Of a DNA stretch of 64,000 bases, positions 21,325-30,700 are shown in pieces (position 1 is the first letter of the stretch; each line of letters starts with the position of its first letter). The stretch is taken from NCBI GenBank assembly GCA_021648085.1, contig JAKITS010000001.1, positions 45,434 through 109,433 on the forward strand, given 5' to 3'. Source of the stretch: Candidatus Magasanikiibacteriota bacterium. Lineage in GTDB: Bacteria; Patescibacteriota; Patescibacteriia; Magasanikbacterales; UBA922. A program made the translations under genes and the position numbers. Under the pieces are notes generated by a model. That model had not been told where the DNA came from, searched no databases, and saw nothing but the letters and a program-made list of their open reading frames with translations.

Positions 21325-21398
21325 GGGCAATTAGCTCAGTTGGTTAGAGCGCAGCACTGATAATGCTGAGGTCCCAGGTTCGATTCCTGGATTGCCCA
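21325..21398 (+). tRNA. tRNA-Ile(GAT)
   Basis: Anticodon arm CAGCA-CT-GAT-AA-TGCTG. Confidence 0.96.
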
Positions 21399-21477
21399 CA
21401 AATTTAAAATCATTTTTTATAGATGGTTTTTTTATTTTTTTAATGTATAATATAAAATATTCATTATAATAAAAAAT

Positions 21478-21882
21478 ATGAAAAATAAAAAAATTATTAT
21501 TGCATTTTTTGTAGGTTTGCTAATTGTTTGTGGAGGTATTTATTTGTGGCAAGCACAAAAAAATCCATTAAATTTTAAAAGTGATGATATTGGTAAATAT
21601 GTTTTGGAAATGAATAAATATGAAACAGAAAAGCCTAACAATTTTGAAAGAGCAAAATTTGGCAATGGAAATGATATTGATGTTGGTTCAAGTATAATTT
21701 CTCATAGTGTTTTTGTATTGACTGAGCAAAACTGGGACACTGGAAATATGGAAGATGTAAAAATATTTTATTTGGAAGAACGCGAACCGCCAGCTTGTGC
21801 ACAAGAAGATGTCTGTTTGGACTCAGATAAAACCACTTACTATGGCCCATTCCAAGGGAAAGTATTACAATTACTTCAATAA
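21478..21882 (+). CDS. Membrane-anchored hypothetical protein, paralog A
   Basis: N-terminal TM; C-terminus YYGPFQGKVLQLLQ shared with the next gene. Confidence 0.75.
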   Translation: MKNKKIIIAFFVGLLIVCGGIYLWQAQKNPLNFKSDDIGKYVLEMNKYETEKPNNFERAKFGNGNDIDVGSSIISHSVFVLTEQNWDTGNMEDVKIFYLEEREPPACAQEDVCLDSDKTTYYGPFQGKVLQLLQ

Positions 21883-21996
21883 GATTAATATTTAAATAAA
21901 AAATCGTTTCAAAAAGTGATTTTTTGTGTTATAATAAAAGTATTAATTTACAAAATAATATAATATTCCATATTATATATATAATTATTAAAAAAT

Positions 21997-22566
21997 ATGA
22001 ATGAAGAAATGCAAAATGAAACACATAATATGCAAGATAATTCTAAAAATGTTTGGATTTTAGTGGTATCTATTATATTTACAGCTTTAATTGTTGGGAT
22101 TGGAGTATATTTTTTACAAAGTATAAATATAAAAAATATAGAAAAAAGAATGCAAACACAAAATCAAGAATTACAATCTAAAATAGAGGAAATAAAAGAT
22201 ATATTGGAAACAAAACAGGTTATCATCCAAACAGAAAATAGCGGTGATTTATTACAAAAACAAATAAAAACAACACAGCAAAATTTACCAGAATTTAATA
22301 CTACAGACGAATATGTTCTTATAATGGATGATTATAAAACAAGCAGACCGTCTGGTCTTATTAGGGCAAAATTTGGAAGTGGTGTTGATATTAATATTGG
22401 TTTGGATGGTGTGGCTCATAGCGTTTTTGTTTTGGTCGAACCTGATTGGAATGAAAACGGTAATTTAGATGATACAATGGTGTTTTATTTAGAATTGAAT
22501 GGAGATCCTAACATAGTAAAATATTACGGTCCATTTCAAGGGAAAGTATTGCAACTCCTTCAATAA
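21997..22566 (+). CDS. Membrane-anchored coiled-coil hypothetical protein, paralog B
   Basis: TM plus coiled coil plus the same C-terminal domain. Confidence 0.75.
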   Translation: MNEEMQNETHNMQDNSKNVWILVVSIIFTALIVGIGVYFLQSINIKNIEKRMQTQNQELQSKIEEIKDILETKQVIIQTENSGDLLQKQIKTTQQNLPEFNTTDEYVLIMDDYKTSRPSGLIRAKFGSGVDINIGLDGVAHSVFVLVEPDWNENGNLDDTMVFYLELNGDPNIVKYYGPFQGKVLQLLQ

Positions 22567-22709
22567 GATTAATATCTAAACAAAAAAACCACTTTTTAAA
22601 GTGGTTTTTTTGTTTTTTTTAAATCTTCTTTACTTAATTGATTTGTTTTTTTTCTCTTTTTACGCTATAATCCTCTCATAAGTATAAGAAAAAGACTTAA
22701 TTTAAAAAG

Positions 22710-23369
22710 ATGACTAAAAAAAGTGAAAAATTGGAAAAGTCTGAAGTCGAAGAAGACGGTGAAAAAAACGAAGATGAAACCTTAGAAGATGAATTAGATC
22801 TAACACAAGAAAAAAGCATATTTAGGAAAATAGGTAGTTTCTTTTTGGAATTAATAAAAATTGCGCTGTTGGCTGGAATAACTATCGGAGTTGTCCGTTA
22901 TTTCTTGTTTAAACCTTTTTATGTAAAAGGTCAGTCAATGGAGCCAAATTTTCATGAAAGAGATTATCTAATTATAGACGAAATAAGTTATCGTTTTGGG
23001 GAGCCAGAAAGAGGAGAGGTAATAGTTTTTAAAGCTCCGCTAGATAATGAAGATTTTTATCTAAAAAGAATAATTGGTCTTCCTGGAGAGAGGGTAAAAG
23101 TAGAAAATAGTAAAATAATTGTGTATAACAAAGATAATCCTGCCGGCGTTGTAGTAGACGAGAGTTATATAATAGAAGAAACGCCTGGTACATATTCTGT
23201 CACTTTGGCAGAAGATCAGTATTTTGTAATGGGAGACAACAGAGATGAAAGTTTTGACTCAAGGCGTTTTGGACCAATTTCAGAAGATACAATAGTAGGA
23301 AAGGCGTGGGTAAGAGGTTGGCCTTTTAGTAGGGTTTCCTTGTTCAATACCCCAAAATACAATTTTTAA
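22710..23369 (+). CDS. lepB: Signal peptidase I
   Basis: VKGQSMEPNF (Ser), YLKRIIGLPGE (Lys), MGDNRDESFDSR. Confidence 0.96.
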   Translation: MTKKSEKLEKSEVEEDGEKNEDETLEDELDLTQEKSIFRKIGSFFLELIKIALLAGITIGVVRYFLFKPFYVKGQSMEPNFHERDYLIIDEISYRFGEPERGEVIVFKAPLDNEDFYLKRIIGLPGERVKVENSKIIVYNKDNPAGVVVDESYIIEETPGTYSVTLAEDQYFVMGDNRDESFDSRRFGPISEDTIVGKAWVRGWPFSRVSLFNTPKYNF

Positions 23370-23391
23370 AAAAATAATCGAATAAAATAAT

Positions 23392-24786
23392 ATGGTACAG
23401 AAAAGTAAGCAAACAAAAAAACCAGCTCCAAAAAAAGCAGTAAAATCTACAACAAAAAAAGCTGTAGAAGAGATGGAAGTAAAAAAGATTCCCACTTTTT
23501 CTAGGGTAAAAGGAATGAGAGATATTCTACCTCAAGATGATAATATTTGGAAAAAAATGAGAAGTAAGAGGGCGGAAATGGTAAAAGCTTATGGATATTC
23601 TTACATAGAGACACCATTGTTAGAGAGTGCAAATCTTTTTGTTCGTTCTGTGGGAAAAGGAACTGACATTGTAGAAAAGGAAATGTATGTTTTTGATGGT
23701 GTTGATAGTTTTGGTAAGACTGCTTTACGCCCAGAAGCTACAGCCTCTGTAGTGCGTGCGTATATTGAAAATGGACTTCATACACTAACTCAACCTGTGA
23801 AAGTTTGGTACGAGGGACCAATGTTTAGAAGGGAGAAACCTCAAGCGAATAGATATCGTGAATTTCATCAGTTTGGTTGTGAAGTGATAGGAGACAATCA
23901 CAATCCAGCAATGGATGCAGAGATTATCTCTGTTGCTTACAATTTTATAAAAGATTTAGGAATAGATGTAAGTATTCATTTAAATAGTATTGGTACTTTG
24001 AATGACAGAGAGAGATATTTAGTAGAATTGGTTAGTTATTTGCGTTCAAAGCGTAGTTATCTTTGTGTCGATTGTAAACGCAGAATAAATAAAAATCCAC
24101 TTAGAGTTTTGGATTGCAAAATGAAAGGTTGTAAAAGTGTAATAGAAGAAGCACCACATATTGTAGATTGGCTTGGTGATAAGTCAAAAGAGTTTTTTAT
24201 GTCTGTTTTGGAGTATCTAGATGAGCTAGGCTTACCTTACAAGTTAGATTATAAACTTGTTCGTGGACTAGATTATTACACAGATACTGTTTTTGAGCTT
24301 TTTCCTGTTGAAAACGACAAAGAAGACAATGGTTCACAAAGTGCTCTTGCGGCTGGTGGTAGGTATGACAAATTAGTGGAACATTTAGGAGGGCAACCTG
24401 CTACAGCTTGTGGTTTTGGGATAGGGTTGGAAAGAGTTGCAAACAAATTGAAAGAAAAAATAAAAAACGGCGAAGCTGAAGAGGAGAGTGAAATTAAAAT
24501 ATTTTTTGCACAACTTGGAATTCAGGCAAAAAGAAGGGCACTAGGAATTATAAAAGAGTTGAGAAAAGATGGGATTTTTGTTGGGCACAATCTAGCTAAA
24601 TCTGCACTAAAAGCTCAATTAGAAATAGCAGATAAAATGCAAACTCCTTATACTCTTATTTTGGGTCAAAGAGAGGTGCAAGATTCTACTATTATAATTA
24701 GAGATATGGAATCTGGAATTCAAGAAATTATAGATCAGAAAAAGTTAAAAACAAGACTAAAAAGAATACTTAGTCAGTTGGTTTAA
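23392..24786 (+). CDS. hisS: Histidine--tRNA ligase
   Basis: LRPEATASVVR, REFHQFG, LVRGLDYYT, GGRYD, GFGIGLER. Confidence 0.97.
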   Translation: MVQKSKQTKKPAPKKAVKSTTKKAVEEMEVKKIPTFSRVKGMRDILPQDDNIWKKMRSKRAEMVKAYGYSYIETPLLESANLFVRSVGKGTDIVEKEMYVFDGVDSFGKTALRPEATASVVRAYIENGLHTLTQPVKVWYEGPMFRREKPQANRYREFHQFGCEVIGDNHNPAMDAEIISVAYNFIKDLGIDVSIHLNSIGTLNDRERYLVELVSYLRSKRSYLCVDCKRRINKNPLRVLDCKMKGCKSVIEEAPHIVDWLGDKSKEFFMSVLEYLDELGLPYKLDYKLVRGLDYYTDTVFELFPVENDKEDNGSQSALAAGGRYDKLVEHLGGQPATACGFGIGLERVANKLKEKIKNGEAEEESEIKIFFAQLGIQAKRRALGIIKELRKDGIFVGHNLAKSALKAQLEIADKMQTPYTLILGQREVQDSTIIIRDMESGIQEIIDQKKLKTRLKRILSQLV

Positions 24787-24838
24787 TTGGTTATTTTATG
24801 TTTTTTTAGTCAACCTGTGGAAAAAGTCTAAAAATAGG

Positions 24839-25001
24839 TTGACTTATTAGTATTTTTTGTATATAATTTAGATAGGTTAATTCTATAATAAATTGTATTA
24901 TTTTAGAGTTGGTCTAAGGGTGTGTACTGTGTCTGTGAAAAAGATGTTGTATTCATTCTAAAAATAACTTAAATTTAACCCAATACGGGAGGTGAATTAA
25001 T
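24839..25001 (+). promoter_or_regulatory. rpsU promoter, structured 5' UTR and strong SD
   Basis: TTGACT-17 bp-TATAAT (24839-24867); complementary segments in the leader; GGGAGGTGA at 24987-24995. Confidence 0.65.
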
Positions 25002-25247
25002 CTGTCAGAAATTAAAAGAAGAAAAAGTGAATCATTTGAGGCATTTATGCGTCGTGTGAAGAGAAACTGGAAACAGTCAGGTAAACTTTTGCAGGCGAGG
25101 AAGGTAAAATATTTTGACCCTAAAAAAAGTAAAAATCTTAAGAAAAATCAGGCTGTAAAAAAAGCACACAAAGCAGACAAAATAACCTATTTGCGTAAAA
25201 TAGGTAGAATGCCAGAAGAAGAGAGTTTTAGAAAAAGAAGAAGGTAG
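25002..25247 (+). CDS. rpsU: 30S ribosomal protein bS21, probable CTG start
   Basis: (L)SEIKRRKSESFEAFMRRVKR is the S21 N-terminus; in frame from CTG at 25002, 6 nt after the SD; followed by yqeY. Confidence 0.85.
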   Translation: MSEIKRRKSESFEAFMRRVKRNWKQSGKLLQARKVKYFDPKKSKNLKKNQAVKKAHKADKITYLRKIGRMPEEESFRKRRR

Positions 25248-25254
25248 AATTATT

Positions 25255-25701
25255 ATGTCTTTAAGAGAACAAATAATAGAATCACAAAAAACAGCAATGT
25301 TGGAGCGCAATAAGGTACTACTTAGTACATTGCGTAATTTGTGGTCTGCGATAAAGAATGAAGAAATAGAAAAAAAGCGCAATCTAACTGATGAAGAAGT
25401 CCAAGCTGCTGCAAAGCGTCTTGTAAAACAATCTCAGGATGCATTACAAGATTTCAGAAAAGCTGGTAGGGAAGATCTGTCAGAAAATGCTGAAATAGAA
25501 ATAGAATTACTTAAAAAGTATTTACCAGAACATTTGAGCAAAGAAGAGGTTGAAAAAATAGTAGATAAGGTTGTAAGTGAAAACAGTGATAGTGATCTAA
25601 ACTTCGGAGTTTTGATGGGGGTGGTAATGCAACATGTAAAAGGAAAAGCAGACGGCGCACTTGTGCGTCAGTTGGTTGACAAACGCTTGAAGTCTAAATA
25701 A
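25255..25701 (+). CDS. GatB/YqeY domain protein
   Basis: LSTLRNL..IKNEEIEK, AGREDL..EIELLKKYLP, GKADG. Confidence 0.92.
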   Translation: MSLREQIIESQKTAMLERNKVLLSTLRNLWSAIKNEEIEKKRNLTDEEVQAAAKRLVKQSQDALQDFRKAGREDLSENAEIEIELLKKYLPEHLSKEEVEKIVDKVVSENSDSDLNFGVLMGVVMQHVKGKADGALVRQLVDKRLKSK

Positions 25702-25787
25702 ATTCAAAATGGGGTTGTTTTCAAACATTGTTTCGTTGAAATAGTATTTGAAAACAACCCCATAGTAAAAATCTAAAATAATTTCCC

Positions 25788-27791
25788 ATGCTTGTCTGGA
25801 TGAGAAACAAAAAATTAGTCAAAAAAGCTACTGCAGTCTTTTATATTATGATTGCAGTGGTTTTTTTGTTTTCAATTTTTTCTTTTAGTGGTACCACAGA
25901 AGTTTACGCGCAAGGTGATACTTTTGGATTGGAGAGTGTTGACAGTGTCACAGAGCTTGCAACACAAGATATTCGCATAACAATTGCTAAAATAATACGT
26001 GTATTTTTAGGACTTTTGGGTATTATTGCTTTGAGTATTATTATTTACGGGGGTTTTACTATTATGACCTCTGCCGGCAACGAGGAAAAAGTTGCAACTG
26101 GAAAGAAAATACTTGTAAACGCTGTTATTGGGTTGGTTATTATCTTATCTTCGTTTGCTATTACTCAGTTTGTATTATCTTCACTCCAAAAAGCTACAGG
26201 AGGATTGGCAGGGCTTGGTGGAACAGCAAGAGCGCCAGGTATTCAAGTGTTTGCAGGTAGTGGATCTTTTGGAAAAATTATATCAGATCATTTTCCAGAT
26301 AGAGATCAAAGAGATGTAAGTAGAAATACAAAAATTTCTGTCACTTTCAATGAATCTATAGACCCTTCAAGCATTGCGATAGACTCAAATGGAAATGGGG
26401 TTTTTGGAGATTGTGTGACACCAGATTTAGCAGTTTTTGACTGGAATACTCAGTGCGATGTTTTAAATAAAGATGCTGTAAAGATTTATTCTAACGACGA
26501 CGCGGATTCTCTCATAGATTCTGCGGTAATAGTCACAGAAACAGATGGAAATATTCTTACTTTTACAATAAAACCTCTTGAATTATTAGGAAATCCAAAT
26601 GAAAATGTATGGTATACAGTAGATCTTACAGAAAAAATACTTAAAATAGATACAGGAACAAGTGTGTTTGATAATGACAGAGATGGGCATTATTTTTGGG
26701 AGTTTGAGGTGGGGACACTTTTAGATTTTGATCCGCCAAAAGTAACATCTGTTTTTCCTACTATGAATTTGGATGTTTCTAGAAATACAATTTTACAAAT
26801 AAACTTCAACGAGCCAATGGATCCCACATCTTTACAAGGTATTTCAGGTTCTGGTTTTACAAATATTATTTTTGGAGATACTGCTGTTTCTGGAGAATGG
26901 AGAATTACAAATGGTTACAAAACAGTAGAATTTGTGTCAACCGAAGCTTGTGGACAAAATAGCTGTGGAGATGTTATGTACTGTCTTCCTGTAGAATGTC
27001 CTGACACAGATTTAAATTGTACAGTTCCTTATGAAGTTTTGGTTCGAACTGCGGAGTTAATTTCAGAGAAAAATTCCGAGGCTATTCCTTTTACGGGTGT
27101 TATGGATATATCTGGAAATGCATTAGATGGTAATGCTGATGGTGTTTCAGACGGAAAACCAGTAATAGAAAATCCTATAATTTTGGATATTTCAGAAAAA
27201 GTACCCGATAATTATTTTTGGGAATTTGGTGTAATAAATGAAATAGACAGAACATCTCCATATATAGAAAATATTTTTCCAGGAATTGACCAGGAAAATG
27301 TAAGAGGGTCAGAGCCAATTGAAGTTGGTTTCAGTATGATTATGTGGTCATCATCTTTAAAACAGGCTGAAATACAGGAGTATCCAGCAAACGAGGGTGG
27401 AATGGCGGATATTTGGTTTAATATAGGGTCTAAGGTTGTGGCAGATTCAAATGGAATTCAAAAAACAAATATGATTATAAAACATAGAGAGTTTGGACCA
27501 AACGGTTTACCGCTTCATTATTTCTCGTCTGTTTCCAGTGATATTAAAAGTATAAACCAAAATTGTGTTTATCCTGGAAAAGGACCGAGTGGAGATAAAA
27601 ACACCTCACCAACTTGTGTTTACAAAGAAGATAAAGATGGTAATGTGGTAGAAGATTCAAATTGTACACCTGTAAATTTACAAGCTGATACAGACACCGG
27701 ATGTGTGCAAACTGCAGATCCAGAAGGGCTTACACAGCCAAACTTAGATGATTGTATTTCATTTTTAGAAAGTGTTAGTCAAATAGATTAA
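25788..27791 (+). CDS. Surface protein: signal peptide + VirB2/TrbC-like pilin domain + Ig-like (Big_5) domains
   Basis: DIRITIAKII..IIYGGFTIMTSAGNEEKV..GKKILVNAVIGLVII; FNESID/FNEPMDP repeats; Cys pairs. Confidence 0.8.
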   Translation: MLVWMRNKKLVKKATAVFYIMIAVVFLFSIFSFSGTTEVYAQGDTFGLESVDSVTELATQDIRITIAKIIRVFLGLLGIIALSIIIYGGFTIMTSAGNEEKVATGKKILVNAVIGLVIILSSFAITQFVLSSLQKATGGLAGLGGTARAPGIQVFAGSGSFGKIISDHFPDRDQRDVSRNTKISVTFNESIDPSSIAIDSNGNGVFGDCVTPDLAVFDWNTQCDVLNKDAVKIYSNDDADSLIDSAVIVTETDGNILTFTIKPLELLGNPNENVWYTVDLTEKILKIDTGTSVFDNDRDGHYFWEFEVGTLLDFDPPKVTSVFPTMNLDVSRNTILQINFNEPMDPTSLQGISGSGFTNIIFGDTAVSGEWRITNGYKTVEFVSTEACGQNSCGDVMYCLPVECPDTDLNCTVPYEVLVRTAELISEKNSEAIPFTGVMDISGNALDGNADGVSDGKPVIENPIILDISEKVPDNYFWEFGVINEIDRTSPYIENIFPGIDQENVRGSEPIEVGFSMIMWSSSLKQAEIQEYPANEGGMADIWFNIGSKVVADSNGIQKTNMIIKHREFGPNGLPLHYFSSVSSDIKSINQNCVYPGKGPSGDKNTSPTCVYKEDKDGNVVEDSNCTPVNLQADTDTGCVQTADPEGLTQPNLDDCISFLESVSQID

Positions 27792-27793
27792 TT

Positions 27794-30700
27794 ATGAGAT
27801 TGTTTAAGTCAAAATTTTTCCTATCAATATTTTTTACACTAGTTGTAGTTTCTTTATTTTTTGTTTCGGATATAACTGCTGTTTTTGCACAGCAGGCAGA
27901 TACTTTTGGTTTGGTGGAGGTCGGTCAAGTTACCGAGCTTGGAACGCAAGATATTCGTGTTACAATTGCAAAAATAATAAGAACACTCTTAGGTTTGTTG
28001 GGTGTTTTGGCTGTGTCTATTGTTTTATACGGAGGTTTTGTATATATGACTGCTGGCGGAAGTGAAGATAAACTTGGGCAGGCAAAGAAAATAATTATAA
28101 ATGGGGTTATTGGTTTGGTGATAGTTATGTCTTCTTTTGCAATTACACAGTTTGTCTTGTCGAGCCTTTCAGATGCAACAGGCTCGGGTAGTGTTGGGCT
28201 GTCTTCAAATAATTGTTCAAATACAGAATATGCTATAAACCATCCAAGTGAATGTTTTTCAAATTCAAATTCAGCTTGCACAAAATTTCCATCTTTTTGT
28301 AATTCAGCAGACTTCTTTTTTGTAAAAAGCATAACACCTTCTACACCAAACGGAGCAACAGGAATGAATAATATTGTTATAAGAGCAGTATTTAGTAAAT
28401 CTTTAGCATCAAATACAAATGTAGATTCTATATTTTCAGTTGAAAAAGATGGTATTTCTCAGCCTTTATCTATAAAACTTTCTCAATCTAGACAGGTGGT
28501 GGAGGCAACATTTAGAGCTACCACACCTTTGTGCGATGGGACTGTTCCACCAAATGAAACTTGTTTAGAGTTGGGTGATTTTACTATAAAAATTAATCCA
28601 GATATAAAAGACACAACAGGTAGAGAATTAACAAAAAATATAAATGGGCAGGAGTACCCTGTTTCAGCAGATTTTTCTGTGGATGTTGAGAACATAGACC
28701 ACACAAGACCAACTGTCACAAGTATGACAATAGATGGTTCAAATGCAGAAAATCAAAATATTACAATTGGAGATGCACATTCACTTAGAGTTGCAATGAT
28801 AGATAATACTGGAATTGGTTTTGTAAATATAAACATAAAAAATATAGACACAGGAAAAGTTATAGTAGAGTCTTTTGAGGGTCCAAATCCACTGGACGGA
28901 TCTTCTGGGGAATTTGTTATAGATTATCCTATTATATTGGGGGCTGATATAAATTCACTAGATAGATTTGATGTTTCTGTCACAATTTACGATATAGATC
29001 ATAATAGTAGTGTAAGTATTTTAAGCTTTATAGCTCTAGCAGAGAGCTGTACTAATGGTGTTCAAGATGGAGATGAAACAGGTGTTGATACTGGTGGTTC
29101 TTGCTCACTTTCTTCTGGTAGTTTTTGTGATGAAGATTGGCAGTGTGCCTCTCAAAAATGTGTAAACAACGAGTGTGTTGCTTGGCCAATGATTACAGAT
29201 ATTGATGCTTGGGATGGTGGATCTGGAAACTGGATTACAATTGCAGGACAGTTTTTTGGAGATAAGGAAGGTCTTGTTGAGTTTGGTACAGATTCCAATG
29301 GGGATGGCGAGATAAACGACTTAGATGTGTGGGTTAAAGCCGGTATTGCTATTTGTAGGAGTTTAACTACATGGAAAAACGATTGGATTGTAGTCCAGGT
29401 CCCAGATGATTCAGTTTTGCCAATAGGTTCAGAAAGTGCAATTCGTATTACTCTTGGAGACGGTACAGGGCTTAGTGATTCTACTGTCGATAGTCATGGT
29501 TCCATATCTGGACCAAACAATGGTTTGTTTACAAAAAACGAAATAAAAAGACCTAGTATTTGTGCCGTTGAATCTGTTTTGGGTTCTAATTCAGCAAAAC
29601 CAGATGCTGGTTTTGCTGTAATAGGAAAAAACTTCACAGACGATAAAACTGGAAATAAATTTGAGTTTGGTGGTGTAGAATTACCAACATTAATATGGGG
29701 AGATTTGGAAATTACAAGTAAAATACCGCTAAATACAAATGCTGGTAAGGTCTCTGTTCAGGTTGAGGTTGGTGGAGAAAGAAGTAATACAGTTCCTTTT
29801 ACTGTTTTGCCAATTGATAAAAATTTAATACCTTCAATTTCACTTGTAAACCCAGAAAATATAACAGTAGGAAGTTTTGTTACGCTTTCTGGAACTGGTT
29901 TTGGTGAAACAACAGGAATTGTTTATATATCTCCAAATTCTGGTGCTACTTGTACAGATATTTTGGCAGAAGGTTGTATTCAGGTGGAAGTTTCTTTACC
30001 AAATTTTTGTGGAGATACTTGGAGCTCTAATCAGGTTATTATAAAAATTCCAGATAACACACAATTTGGTGTGTACTATTTGGTTTTACAAAATGATTTT
30101 GGACTTCGTACAGATGGATCAGCTTTTGTTTCTGTTGTTGAGGGAGACCCTAGTCCTAGCATTTGTAAGATGATTCCACAGGCCGGGCCAGCACCACTGC
30201 CTGTTGGACATCAGGGTTTAGAATTTTTTGGGATTAACTTTTCTACAGACCCAACAGTATATTTTTGGTCTAAAACCGCAACAGAAGACGATCTTAATAC
30301 TTGGTTGAACGCAACAGGGAATGATGTAAATCAAATAGATCCGGATACTCATATTGTGAGTTATATCCCGAGTACGATAGAAGGATATTCAATGAAAACA
30401 GGTCCAATTGCCATCAGCTCTATCGATGGTGTTGTTAGTAATGCTGTAAATTACGAGGTTTCAGATTGTCGTGATGTTGGTGCTCCTGTTGGGTATCAGT
30501 GTTGTTCTGTTGGGCCAGACGCTGGAACAATAAAACCAAATGAATTTATTTGTGCAGGAGAGACAAGAGATGCTGGCTATGCTTGGAGATTTACGAGTGG
30601 TCTCCTGCCAAATATACCTTTTGTGGTCGAACAGTGCCCAGAATCAAGCGGTTCCGGAGTACCATCTCCAAGTCCCTGGATAAATAGAAAGCAGGGAGCA

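Noticed and set aside
21478-22566. Diversity-generating retroelement (VR/TR-like shared 3' ends)
   Set aside because: Differences are mostly synonymous and not adenine-specific; no reverse transcriptase in the window
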